NCBI GenBank assembly: GCA_963663405.2
Contig: CAXXSM010000149.1
Coordinates: forward strand, 1-64,000
Length of the DNA stretch: 64,000 nt
Source: a bacterium
GTDB lineage: Bacteria; Hinthialibacterota; Hinthialibacteria; Hinthialibacterales; Hinthialibacteraceae
Reading direction: 5' to 3'
Shown: piece by piece, positions 10,351 through 20,733 of the stretch
Layout of the letters: each line of letters begins with the position of its first letter
Position numbering within the stretch: position 1 is the first letter of the stretch
Notes under the pieces: generated by a model
Database searches by the model: none
What the model saw: only the letters and a program-made list of their open reading frames with translations
Told to the model about the DNA's origin: nothing
Position numbers and translations under genes: made by a program

Positions 10351-13300
10351 ATGTCATCCAATCCTCAGATACCGAAAGAATTACAATTTAAGATTCAACA
10401 GGTGGCCGATCAATATTACTGTGTGAATCTGTTCCGAAGTTGGGCGCGATTTGGAGCGGTCACACTTGGATTGGTGGCTGTTTTTGTTTTATTGTTGATG
10501 GGCGCCGTGTGGCTGGGGATTTCGCGTGAATGGTTCTATCTTCTATTTGCCGCAGCGGAAATCTTCATTGTTTGGCGTTATTTAGTTTTTCCATTGCGAA
10601 AACCGCTCACCCTTCAACAGATCGCGCTCTATATGGAAGAGCATTATCCAGAATTGGAGAACCGTCTCGTCAGCGCGGAGTGTTTCGGCGCCGGCCGGGA
10701 GAAGGTTTCTTCGCGTTGGATGCTGGAACAATTCTTTAAGGAAACCGATGGAGCGACACGCCGGATTTCATTTTTTGAATTATTGGATTCGGATATTCTC
10801 GTCAAGCAATTCATAAAAGCGGCCGCCGTTTTGTGTGTGACTGCGCTTGTGGCTGTAGGATTCTTCAAATTCTGGGCGCCTGATTTCTCCAGCATTTCCA
10901 TTCCATCCATCGCGGGTGAAACGCTGCCGAATTTTACGGTCGAGCCGGGCACTATCAAAATCCGGAAAGGGGAATCCCAAATTGTCCTATGCAAAGGAAA
11001 ACGGAACGAGAAGGTCTCGATTCGCTGGCGGATGGAAGACCGCCCTTGGCAAGCGCAGACAATGGAACCGAGTGACTCGGACCAAGTGTACTATCATACA
11101 TTCCCCAATCTTCAATCTGACGTTGAATATCAAGTGGAATATGGAAAAATACAGTCACCCGTATACACCATCCATACATGGATTCCACCGGAAGTGGAAT
11201 CGATCGATCTGACTTATCATTATCCGGATTACTTAGGACTCGAACCGAAAACATTTCCCCACAGCGGCAATATCAACGCGATTGAACAGACGCGGGTGCG
11301 TTTTGGAGTGTGGGTGAATAAAGAATTGCGGGAGGCGGCGCTGGTCTTCGGAAATGGAGAGCGGCTCGCGCTTACGACAGAAGAGGATTACAAATGGATT
11401 GGAGATTTCTTGGTCCAAGAGAACGGAAACTATACAATTGAACTGATCGACTTGGATGGGGAGACCAATGAATACAAACCGGAGTATGAGATTCTCGTCC
11501 AGTACGACCGCGCGCCGGAAATAAAAATCGATTTTCCCCGGCGGGATCTTCAGGTCACCATGCTGGAAGAGGCGCCTTTTGAATTTCATGTCCGGGATGA
11601 TTTTGGAATCAAAGCGTTTGGGATTCAATACGAGATCGCGGGAAAGGAAGACGCGGTCCGCATTCCTCTTCAGACCCAGGATGAAATCGTTATGGAAGCG
11701 GTGGGGGAACATCAGTTAAACTTGGAAGACTTAGATCTCGAAGTTGGGGATTTAATAACTTGGACAATTTGGGTGCAGGATTTTAAACCGGATCGGAGTG
11801 ATTTTGAAGAATTGGGGGATCCGTATTTCCTCGAAATTTGTCCATTTCGCCGCCTATTCGAAAGGGCGATGTCCAACGCGGGGGCTGGAGAACAACAAGG
11901 AGGGTCGCAGGGCGGAGCCGGTGGTAACCAGGATGCGCTTAGTCAAAAAGAGATCATCATCGCGACTTGGAACTTGCGGCGGCAGTCAAAGGATTTGAAG
12001 GAAGAAGAATACATCGAAAAGCGAACCAAAATCGTCGAAGCGCAAACTCAATTACTGACGCGATATTTAAATTCCAATTCTCAGCAATTTCAGAATCGAG
12101 CATTGCAGAATCAATTAACCCAGGCGATGAAGCAAGCGATCGAAGCGCTCGAAAAAGCTGAGTATTCCGATCCTGGAGCCAGCTTGTCGGAAGCGGCGGT
12201 CCATGAACAGACAGCGTACCGGTTGATTTTGAAACTGCAGCCGGATCGGTCCCAAATTGCGCAGAGACAACAAAGCGGCCAAATGGGACAAGGTGAAGGA
12301 CAACAAAGGAACCGTCCTGAAATCGATGAATTGGAATTGAACCGCCGCCGTAATTTTTATGAAGAAGAACGGCAGACACAGAGGCGGTTGGAAGAGACGG
12401 ACGAGTCGCTGGACCAGATCAAAGAACTCGCCCGGCGTCAAAAAAATATCAGCGATGAAATTTCGAAATTGATCTCTGAACGTAAGACGACAGAAACCGG
12501 GGAAGAACAGAAACGGCGTTTAGAAAAACTGCAAGAAGAAGAGAGGCGTAATCTTGAGCGGTTGGATGAGACCGCCGGAGAGATGATCTCCCAAAACACC
12601 AGCAATCCACAAACCCGCGAAGCGATGCGGCGTCTCAATGACACCCGCAGGCAGATGAACCGCAGCTTGGAGAATTTGGAGGGAGAACAACTCCAAGAAG
12701 CGCGGGCGGCCAGCTCGAAAGCCCTATCTGAACTCGAAACGATCGAAAGGCAATTGCGTCAATATTCACAGGATGCGGCGTCAAAGCGTATGATGGAACT
12801 ACAGGACGCGATGCGATCAGCGATTGCGAAGGAAGAGAAACTCCTCGATCGGTTGAAAGAACTACAAGATAACCAGAACGCGCCGACTCTGTCTCTCGAT
12901 CCAGATTTAGAGGAGAAAAAAGAATCACTTCGAAACGATAAAGAAGAATTGGCTGATGAGTTCATGGAATTGATCGCGCAAGCGGGTGCACTTTCCGAGC
13001 GATCGAAACAGAGCCAGCCTTTAATGTCACGCAACCTGGGCGACTGGCTGCGCCGGACAAGCCAAAAAGGCATCGTTGAAGATATTCAACAAGAACAGAA
13101 ACTGCCCCTGATCCAATATGGCGTATGGGAAAAAGCCCTCGAGCAGGAAAACCGTATTTTAGAAAAAATGAATGAGGTTTCCACCGAATTGGATCGCGTG
13201 GCGGAGTCGATTACCTCCGGCGGCCGGGAGGCCATGGAAATGGCGCTGAACCGGTTAAGAGAATTGACCCAGCCAAATGAAAATAGCGCCGAAGGTCAAA

Positions 13301-13986
13301 TCGCGCAGGCGAACACGCCCAGTGACGATCGATCTTCGAATGAAAACGCGCAAGAAGCCGAATCGAATTCTCAAACCCAAAGAGAAGGGAATGCACAACA
13401 ATCCGAGCGGAATTCTCAATCGCAGGGTCGGGGAGGCGATCCGGAAAGAGACAGGCAAGGGGATCAGGAAGCGAACGCCTCCAATGGACAGAATCCACGA
13501 GGGGAACGGAATTCTCCGAATGAAAATGAACAGTCCAGCGATTCAGGAGAAAGGCGCATGGGCGGCGGTGGTGGCCCGGGAAATCAGAATCGATCCTGGC
13601 CTATGCCGGGAGATCCACGGACAGGTGAATTTATGCGGCGGTTCATGGAATCTGAATACCGGGAATGGGATAGCGCGCTGCGGAGCGCGGAAAATCTCTT
13701 GCCGGATTCGGCTTCGTTAAAAGATCAGTTGACGGAGATTCGGGAACAGATCGAAGACCTTCGTGGCGAATATCGCCGCAACCGGCAGCCTCCTCAATAC
13801 GATCTCTTTTTAAACTATATCGCCAACCCATTGTTGAAAACGGTGGAGGAATTGGAAGCGGAGATTGAAAAGCAATCGGCGCCCGGCGAATTTGCCCTAA
13901 TGGATGAAGGAAGCGCGCCTGTGAATTATCAAAAGCAGGTCGCTGAATATTTTAAGGCGCTTTCGGAATCGGAAACAGAACGGTAA
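10351..13986 (+). CDS. Large membrane protein with Ig-like domains and long coiled-coil/Q-rich tail (DUF4175-like)
   Basis: Three N-terminal TM segments, PELENRLVSA, YHYPDYLGL, DDFGI, long Q/E/R-rich helical region, terminal P..YQKQVAEYFKAL. ATG at 10351 follows an AAGGAG RBS; the track start is 10333. Confidence 0.8.
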   Translation: MSSNPQIPKELQFKIQQVADQYYCVNLFRSWARFGAVTLGLVAVFVLLLMGAVWLGISREWFYLLFAAAEIFIVWRYLVFPLRKPLTLQQIALYMEEHYPELENRLVSAECFGAGREKVSSRWMLEQFFKETDGATRRISFFELLDSDILVKQFIKAAAVLCVTALVAVGFFKFWAPDFSSISIPSIAGETLPNFTVEPGTIKIRKGESQIVLCKGKRNEKVSIRWRMEDRPWQAQTMEPSDSDQVYYHTFPNLQSDVEYQVEYGKIQSPVYTIHTWIPPEVESIDLTYHYPDYLGLEPKTFPHSGNINAIEQTRVRFGVWVNKELREAALVFGNGERLALTTEEDYKWIGDFLVQENGNYTIELIDLDGETNEYKPEYEILVQYDRAPEIKIDFPRRDLQVTMLEEAPFEFHVRDDFGIKAFGIQYEIAGKEDAVRIPLQTQDEIVMEAVGEHQLNLEDLDLEVGDLITWTIWVQDFKPDRSDFEELGDPYFLEICPFRRLFERAMSNAGAGEQQGGSQGGAGGNQDALSQKEIIIATWNLRRQSKDLKEEEYIEKRTKIVEAQTQLLTRYLNSNSQQFQNRALQNQLTQAMKQAIEALEKAEYSDPGASLSEAAVHEQTAYRLILKLQPDRSQIAQRQQSGQMGQGEGQQRNRPEIDELELNRRRNFYEEERQTQRRLEETDESLDQIKELARRQKNISDEISKLISERKTTETGEEQKRRLEKLQEEERRNLERLDETAGEMISQNTSNPQTREAMRRLNDTRRQMNRSLENLEGEQLQEARAASSKALSELETIERQLRQYSQDAASKRMMELQDAMRSAIAKEEKLLDRLKELQDNQNAPTLSLDPDLEEKKESLRNDKEELADEFMELIAQAGALSERSKQSQPLMSRNLGDWLRRTSQKGIVEDIQQEQKLPLIQYGVWEKALEQENRILEKMNEVSTELDRVAESITSGGREAMEMALNRLRELTQPNENSAEGQIAQANTPSDDRSSNENAQEAESNSQTQREGNAQQSERNSQSQGRGGDPERDRQGDQEANASNGQNPRGERNSPNENEQSSDSGERRMGGGGGPGNQNRSWPMPGDPRTGEFMRRFMESEYREWDSALRSAENLLPDSASLKDQLTEIREQIEDLRGEYRRNRQPPQYDLFLNYIANPLLKTVEELEAEIEKQSAPGEFALMDEGSAPVNYQKQVAEYFKALSESETER

Positions 13987-13988
13987 CG

Positions 13989-16427
13989 ATGATTGAATAT
14001 TGGAAAGACTGGATCGCCGGAGAGAACGCCGGGAATCTGATCGCGCTGGATTTTCAATTCAACACACCGCTGGGAACCGCCGCCTGCTTGTTGGCGTTGC
14101 TTCTATTGGGGGCGGTGGTGGTTGTTTATTATTGGCCCCAGCTGGATCGTGTTAAGTTTCTACCCCGCCTTTTTCTCGTAGGTCTTCGTATGGCGTTTTT
14201 TACGCTGGCTTTATTTCTTCTGCTCGATCCCTGTTTAGTCGGTCAGCGGATTCAACCGGGGGATCAATACGTAGTTCTTCTCTTTGATGATTCAAAAAGC
14301 ATGCGGGTAAAAGGGGAAGATGGGCGTTCGAGAGGAGAGCGCCTGCAGGAGGCCTATTCACTGGCCGATTCGGAATTCGAAGAAACACTGCGGGCCGGTC
14401 ATCAGGTTTTAAAATACCGTTTTGGCGATGGGACTGAGCCGTTGAATCATGTCCAGGATCTGGATTTTTCTCAATCCAAAACGGATATTCCTCTCGCGAT
14501 CGGGGAAGCGATGCGTGAGTTGGATGGTTTCACACTTTCCGCGGTTGTTCTCTTCTCGGATGGCGTTCAACAAACGTCCCGCGCTCTAAATAATTTGAAA
14601 GAAGAACTGAAAACCGAGGTTCCCGTCTTCACGGTGGGAACGGGCGCCGAATCATCGTGGCGCGATCTGCGGATCAGTCAATTCTCGGTCAAGCGGCCTC
14701 CTTTCGACCGAAGCCCCGTGTCGCTCCACTGTGAGATCGAATCCGTTGGATTGGCGGGCGAAACAGCCCTGGTTGAAGCGCTTGATGGACATAAGGTTGT
14801 AGCGGCTAAGACGCTGGTGATTGATAGTGACCGGCAGATCAACTCAACGCGGCTGGAATTTATTCCAGAGAAAAAAGGCTGGTTGAATTATGAACTCCGC
14901 ACGCGGTTGAGCCAGGAGAATCTACCGGATTCATCATCCGGGGATGATGAGAACGTACAGACCGGTTTGGAGCGGTTGGTCCAGAATAACACACGCCGTT
15001 TTTTAGGGGACAACCGGGAAAAAACGTTTCGGATTCTCTACTACAGCGGGAAACCGAATTGGGAACATACGTTTATTCGACGGGCGCTTAGAGAGGATGA
15101 AGAACTGAAATTGAGCAGTTTGATCTTGATCTCACGCGCCGAACGGAAATTTGTCTACCGGGGCGCTCGGACCACGATGACTAATCCGCTGTTTGAAGGA
15201 TTTGAAGACGATCAAGAAAAATACGGACGGTACGACGAACCGGTATTTCTACGATTGGGATTGAAAGAGAAAGAATTGGAGGATGGATACCCCAAGCAAG
15301 CGGAGGATTTATTTCCCTACCATCTAGTGATCTGGGGGGAAGTCGAACCGGATGATTTCAACGCGCAGCAATTAAAACTAACTCGTGATTTTATCGACCG
15401 CCGTGGTGGTTCGCTGCTTCTTATGGGAGGGCGGGGCGCATTTACGAAAGAGCCGTATATCAATAGCCCCATCGAATCGGCGCTGCCTGTTATGCCATAC
15501 GAATCGAGTGACCGGAACGATGATGAAGCGCGGGAATTATTCCAAACGGTTCCCACCCTTGATGGGGAGACATCCGGAGCATGGACGCTGGACGCCGATC
15601 CAGAAGAAAACCAACGGTTGTGGGAGGAGATGCCGAGTTTATTTGGATTGAACCGCTTTATCCTGACTCGCGCGGGCGCGGCGGCGCATGCGCGGGCGGT
15701 CAGTTTGAATCCAGATTTAAACGGACAACCTGTTTATGCGGTGCAGCGATATGGGCGTGGGCGATGCGCCGTCTTGGCGACAGGAGAGACCTGGCCGTGG
15801 CGGATGAAATTGGATATCGAAAACGATAATCACATCCGTTTCTGGCGGCAATTGATCCGCAGTTTAGTCAAAGACGTTCCGGAACCTCTGCAGCTTCGTT
15901 CCAAACAGGATTCGTATACCGTGGGGGAACCCGCGCGGTTTGAAATTGCGATCCGTGACGCGCTTTTTGAAGAACGGGAAGGGCTTCAAGCGGCTGTATC
16001 TATCACAACTTCCTCGCAACAAAAGATCTCTTTGAGTGTGGATGAATCGATTACTGAACCGGGAGTCTATACTTGTGAATGGATTCCGGAGGAGGAAGGA
16101 ATTCATACGCTTTCAGTCATAGCCAAGGATGAAAACGATGAAAACGCCGGTACGCTCGAAGAAGCGTTTTTGACTGAATTGGACCGGAAGGAATATCAAA
16201 AGGCGGAATACAATCCCGCGTTTTTAAGAGAACTCGCGAATGTCAGCGGGGGAAAATTCTATACACTGGAGCAACTGGGAGAAATCGCCAAGGATATTCC
16301 CTACACACCGAATCCGGAAGCGGAAACTATCCGGCTTCATTTGTGGCATCATCCTGGTTTCTATATCTTATTGATTGTTTTGATGACTCTGGAATGGTTT
16401 CTACGGCGGAAACGAGGGCACGCTTGA
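13989..16427 (+). CDS. Membrane protein with vWA and class I glutamine amidotransferase-like (DUF1355-type) domains
   Basis: LFDDSKSM, VLFSDG, GGSLLLMGG, YGRGR..VLA...TWPWRM, FWRQLIR, C-terminal TM ..EWFLRRK.G. Confidence 0.8.
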   Translation: MIEYWKDWIAGENAGNLIALDFQFNTPLGTAACLLALLLLGAVVVVYYWPQLDRVKFLPRLFLVGLRMAFFTLALFLLLDPCLVGQRIQPGDQYVVLLFDDSKSMRVKGEDGRSRGERLQEAYSLADSEFEETLRAGHQVLKYRFGDGTEPLNHVQDLDFSQSKTDIPLAIGEAMRELDGFTLSAVVLFSDGVQQTSRALNNLKEELKTEVPVFTVGTGAESSWRDLRISQFSVKRPPFDRSPVSLHCEIESVGLAGETALVEALDGHKVVAAKTLVIDSDRQINSTRLEFIPEKKGWLNYELRTRLSQENLPDSSSGDDENVQTGLERLVQNNTRRFLGDNREKTFRILYYSGKPNWEHTFIRRALREDEELKLSSLILISRAERKFVYRGARTTMTNPLFEGFEDDQEKYGRYDEPVFLRLGLKEKELEDGYPKQAEDLFPYHLVIWGEVEPDDFNAQQLKLTRDFIDRRGGSLLLMGGRGAFTKEPYINSPIESALPVMPYESSDRNDDEARELFQTVPTLDGETSGAWTLDADPEENQRLWEEMPSLFGLNRFILTRAGAAAHARAVSLNPDLNGQPVYAVQRYGRGRCAVLATGETWPWRMKLDIENDNHIRFWRQLIRSLVKDVPEPLQLRSKQDSYTVGEPARFEIAIRDALFEEREGLQAAVSITTSSQQKISLSVDESITEPGVYTCEWIPEEEGIHTLSVIAKDENDENAGTLEEAFLTELDRKEYQKAEYNPAFLRELANVSGGKFYTLEQLGEIAKDIPYTPNPEAETIRLHLWHHPGFYILLIVLMTLEWFLRRKRGHA

Positions 16428-17449
16428 TGAATGTTCTTCTTAGAATCATTTGCGTCATTTTTATACTCACCATTTATACAACGCCAAACGCACTGGCGGA
16501 GCGATATACGGTCATTGTCTGCGGCAGTGGAGGTGAAGAGGAATATCTAAAAAAGTTTTTGGATTGGGGCGCCCGGCTGCGCAGCGCGCTCGTTGAAAGA
16601 CTGCATTTCTCTTCCAGTCTTCTCACATGGCTTGCGGCGGATTATGAAGAAGGGCAGGGAGTGGATCGTCTTTCAACACTGGATAATATCCGCTCTTGTT
16701 TCAACGATCTAGCAGGGCGAATGACGAATGTTGATGATCTTTTTCTTTTTTTGATTGGGCATGGCGGGTATCTCCGTTCAGAATTGAAACTGCACATCCC
16801 CGGCCCAGACCTGACGGCGGTGGAGTTGAAGAGTCTTGTCGATTCTGTTCCCGCAAAGCGGTTCATTATGGTGAACGCGTCGTCACGCAGCGCAGGCTTT
16901 ATCAATGTGCTGAGCGCCACGAACCGGATTCTCTGCACAGCCACAAAAAGCGTTGTTGAAGGGAACGCGGCGGAATTTATGGAGTTCTTTCTGCAGGGAA
17001 TCGAAGATGGGAGCGCCGACCGGAATCACGATGACCGTATCTCCACGCTGGAGGCTTTTCAACAAGCGGCGGCCCTTACGGACGCATGGTACACCAGCCA
17101 AGGGCTTCTCGCGACGGAGCACGCGCTGGTTGATGATGATGGAGACGGATTGGGAACAAGAGTTCTCGCCGATGTTGATGAGGATGAAAAACGGGGTGAA
17201 AGTGATAAACCTGCCGATGGAGCGTTGGCGGAAAATTGTTATTTGAAGGATTATACATTTCCCGCGTCGGTTCCCAACAATCTCGTGGAGAATTATCGTT
17301 CATTGATGGATCGTATTTATGCGTTGAAGAGGCGGAAAGTTGAACTCGATTCCAGAGACTATTATCAACAGTTGGAAACGCTTTTCATCCAAGCGGCGAA
17401 GACAAACCGGGAGATACGCGGCGCTTCGGATCGGATCGCTCCACACTGA
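16427..17449 (+). CDS. Secreted caspase/legumain-fold (clan CD-like) protein, probably lacking the catalytic Cys
   Basis: TGATG overlap start at 16427, signal peptide, VIVCG.GGEEEY, LFLFLIGHGG, IMVNASSRSAGF, AD.N.D.RIS.LEAF, TEHALVDDDGDG. Confidence 0.7.
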   Translation: MNVLLRIICVIFILTIYTTPNALAERYTVIVCGSGGEEEYLKKFLDWGARLRSALVERLHFSSSLLTWLAADYEEGQGVDRLSTLDNIRSCFNDLAGRMTNVDDLFLFLIGHGGYLRSELKLHIPGPDLTAVELKSLVDSVPAKRFIMVNASSRSAGFINVLSATNRILCTATKSVVEGNAAEFMEFFLQGIEDGSADRNHDDRISTLEAFQQAAALTDAWYTSQGLLATEHALVDDDGDGLGTRVLADVDEDEKRGESDKPADGALAENCYLKDYTFPASVPNNLVENYRSLMDRIYALKRRKVELDSRDYYQQLETLFIQAAKTNREIRGASDRIAPH

Positions 17450-17452
17450 TTC

Positions 17453-20400
17453 TCATTTCTTAAATAACCACGTTTTCCAGGATTCACTGTTCCGGCCGAA
17501 GCCTTTGTTATAGATTTCTTTTAATACCGCATAGGCGCGATTGGATAGAATCGCGCGGACGTCTTCAATATAATCCGCGAGAACGAGACTGCCTTTCCGG
17601 CTTCCAAGATGGGTAAGAGTTTCGGCGATGATTAATTCTAACAATGCGCTGGAATAATTTTGGCCGCCGTCAAGGCCTTCTTTTGCTGTATAGCCGCTGA
17701 TATATGATTTGTTTAACAAGGATTCCAACGCGGGGATGGCGCGTGAATCGGCTAGATGTTTGTAACTGAAACACAAAGAGAGGATTCGATCGTAATTTGG
17801 AATGCGCCGCCAGTGCAGCCTGTTGTGAGGGCGGATCGGCCCTCCCGCGTCTGTTTGATTCGTGATTTGATTGAGAAGATCAATCGCGCGTTGATCACCC
17901 GCCAGCCCAAGTGACACGATCAACTGGTTGACACGCCAGTAGGTGTTAGGTTCTCCAACAAATCCACCGTTCGGCCGTTTGCTGGAATCGATCCCGCTTT
18001 GTTGTGGTTTGTTTTTTAATTCATCCAGCGTTTCGAGAAGCGTGTCAACGCCGCGGTTTGATCCAAACCACGCCATCGCCATCGCTGTCAGCATCCGGCC
18101 TTTACCTGTTGTATTTGGATACTGTTTTTCGAGCTGGGGAAGAATTGTATCTTTTGGATAACACAAAACCGGCAGCAACGCGGATTCCTCTCCCGCTAAG
18201 AGGGAGCGTATGGAATCGTGGATGGGATATTCATCCACAGTGGATGCGATATCCTCTTCACGAATGATCCCTTTTTCCAACAGTAGTTTTTGCAAAGACT
18301 GCACATCGATTTCACGTGGCGCGCATTTTCTCTCCACCGCCTGCGCCGCCGCCAAACCAACGGCGTATCCCATGTTTTGCAGATCGCGCTGCATGCGCAT
18401 GAAACAGAACGCGTCTCGTGTGGAGGAAAACGCTTTGCCTGTTACTAATAAACCGTCAACGCCTTTCGGCAGACAGGCGCGGTAGGGGAGGCGTATGATT
18501 TTCTCGTCCCGGTGATAGGGGAGATAGCCCATGCGGGCGAAACGCGATCCCTGCAAACCATGTTGGTCGTAATCGGTTTTTCCGATAGCGATCGTGTCAG
18601 GGAAACGGCGTTGTAGAAATACGTCCTCTTCACAGAATTGGTAATCACCTTCGATGTGCCTCGATTCGCGAACGCAGGGGAAGGGTGAGAAATCGTAGCG
18701 GCTGCCGTTGCAATGTCCCATCAACACACCTCGCGTCGTATCGGTTGGATCGCTAACATCCATGACGCCTAGATCAAGATTGACGCCAACCAGTTTTTTA
18801 TTCCACTGCCAATCGCATTGGTTGAATGTCTGAAGATCACCGGTCTGGGTATCCCCCAGGACGCATTTCACGCCGGACCATGCGGCGAGATCGCCGTCGC
18901 CGGTCGCGTCGATGGTGACAGGAGCGCGAACCACGCCTAGTCCATCCGTGTTCAATACGATCACGCCTTGAAATTGGTTGTTTTCGATAATTGCTCCAAC
19001 GGCTTTGGAACGCAGCCAGACGCGGCCCTTGTTTTTCTGAATTTCAGAGAGATACGTCATCATCTTGGCTTCGATGTTCCATTGTCTGGAAGGCGCGTGA
19101 TCGTTGATCCGGTTGGTCATCTCCAGTGTGAGTTGATCGAGTTCCGTGGAGAAACCGCCATCGTATCCATGATAGTACGTGTTGATCCCACCAAGGGTTC
19201 CGGTTCCACCGAGGCCGGAAAATGGCTCGATTAGAATGATATCCTGTTTCATACGGCTCGCGGCGATCGCTGAAGACGCGCCGGAGGTTCCCCCGCCGAC
19301 GATTAGGATATCGCACGTGTCTTTTTCAGGCAGTACTTTTATAGAGGGAATGTTGAGATTGTAAAAAAAGAGATCGAAACGGTGATCGTGATGGAGTCGC
19401 GGGGATAGATCGTTGAGTTGTGTTTTTGTTTTGTTCCATTGTATATGGGATGTTTGAGGTTGAAATGATAAACTTGTGTCAATAGCTCGTTCGGTGGCCG
19501 CTTTAGCGATTATACGCGCGTTGCGGATTGACTCGCCCAGATTGTCTTGTTTTAGCGCATACAGATTCGGCCGTCCTTGGACCTGACCTTGTTGTTTTAG
19601 GATGGTGTCTATGTCATATAACGCTTGAGTATGGAGCGCCGGAGACGCTTGGAGCAGAATAGCCTTGCTGAACGCGGCGGTTTGACTTTTCAGATATCCA
19701 CACAGCCGTATCGTCTTTTCTCTCGCCTCCATCTCCCATTGATTCCGTTCGCGGTAATCGGCGCGCTCGCAAGTTACGGGGAAATGAAATTCAACGTAGA
19801 CATGGTCTTTGCTTTTTGAACCGGGATGGAGAAGAATTCGATTATCTATTAATCCTAATTCGGAAGAGACATCAATATATGGTTTTTCTGAATCGGTAAT
19901 GTTGAAAAATTCAAGTGTACGCGCGGCGGTTAAATCTCTTCTATTAAGAGGGAGGTTTAAGCCGGATAAGCGCATAAGCAAGCCGTCGTTTGTCGCGTCG
20001 ATGATTGTCCTAGCTGGGATCGCCTGCAGCCCGCCTTTGTTTCCAATAACCAGGCCGCAGACTTTGTCATTATCCATTAAGACACCGGCGGGCTGTGATA
20101 GGAAGAGAATATCTACGTTGGTTTCCAGCAAACATTCCACAAGGTTTTTCTTTAAGGCGCCGAGTTCTACAATAGAGTCTTGATTATGTGACCGGTTATT
20201 GATAAGAGAATCGCCGAATAGCAGTGTGACGGCTTCTGGATCGAGTTTTTCCAAGTCTTCTGAATCGATCCAAGGACGAAGGGATGCGGTTATATCTCCA
20301 CCCAGGCAGCTGCTGGATTCGATCAGAATAACACGCCGCCCCTTACAGGCGGCCTCTATTGCGGCGAGACAGCCCGCCAAAGTACCTCCCGCAACAATGA

Positions 20401-20512
20401 CATCCGCTATCGTTTCCGGTTTTCCGGACGACGCCTGTGTGGAGAATGGATTTAGTACACTCATCGCCGGGCCAATGGAAAGAGCACAACCAATAAAACT
20501 ACGCCGTTTCAT
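17453..20512 (-). CDS. Tat-exported FAD-dependent oxidoreductase with two FAD_oxidored modules and C-terminal HEAT-like repeats
   Basis: MKRRSFIG Tat signal (ATG 20512, GGAG RBS); DVIVAGGTLAG...IIDATNDG and DILIVGGGTSG...IDATGDGD, RESRHIEG, PYRACLPKGVDGLLVTG, RMQ.D...MGYAVG.AAA. Confidence 0.85.
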   Translation of the reverse strand: MKRRSFIGCALSIGPAMSVLNPFSTQASSGKPETIADVIVAGGTLAGCLAAIEAACKGRRVILIESSSCLGGDITASLRPWIDSEDLEKLDPEAVTLLFGDSLINNRSHNQDSIVELGALKKNLVECLLETNVDILFLSQPAGVLMDNDKVCGLVIGNKGGLQAIPARTIIDATNDGLLMRLSGLNLPLNRRDLTAARTLEFFNITDSEKPYIDVSSELGLIDNRILLHPGSKSKDHVYVEFHFPVTCERADYRERNQWEMEAREKTIRLCGYLKSQTAAFSKAILLQASPALHTQALYDIDTILKQQGQVQGRPNLYALKQDNLGESIRNARIIAKAATERAIDTSLSFQPQTSHIQWNKTKTQLNDLSPRLHHDHRFDLFFYNLNIPSIKVLPEKDTCDILIVGGGTSGASSAIAASRMKQDIILIEPFSGLGGTGTLGGINTYYHGYDGGFSTELDQLTLEMTNRINDHAPSRQWNIEAKMMTYLSEIQKNKGRVWLRSKAVGAIIENNQFQGVIVLNTDGLGVVRAPVTIDATGDGDLAAWSGVKCVLGDTQTGDLQTFNQCDWQWNKKLVGVNLDLGVMDVSDPTDTTRGVLMGHCNGSRYDFSPFPCVRESRHIEGDYQFCEEDVFLQRRFPDTIAIGKTDYDQHGLQGSRFARMGYLPYHRDEKIIRLPYRACLPKGVDGLLVTGKAFSSTRDAFCFMRMQRDLQNMGYAVGLAAAQAVERKCAPREIDVQSLQKLLLEKGIIREEDIASTVDEYPIHDSIRSLLAGEESALLPVLCYPKDTILPQLEKQYPNTTGKGRMLTAMAMAWFGSNRGVDTLLETLDELKNKPQQSGIDSSKRPNGGFVGEPNTYWRVNQLIVSLGLAGDQRAIDLLNQITNQTDAGGPIRPHNRLHWRRIPNYDRILSLCFSYKHLADSRAIPALESLLNKSYISGYTAKEGLDGGQNYSSALLELIIAETLTHLGSRKGSLVLADYIEDVRAILSNRAYAVLKEIYNKGFGRNSESWKTWLFKK

Positions 20513-20733
20513 ATTGTTCTCCATACTGTTTGTTAGCAAAAACACGGGCGCAGGATTGCATGACGCGCCTGCGATTTATCCAATGATTTATTATTTTATC
20601 ATTTTTATAGTTCTACCTGTAAGTGATCGCTTAGTACGTCATTATGGGCTTGTGTCTAGATGATCGTTGTTTCTCTGGTAAGATTGATCTGATTTGGAAT
20701 GTATATGAACAGTTTGGAATCAAGGAGGAAAGG

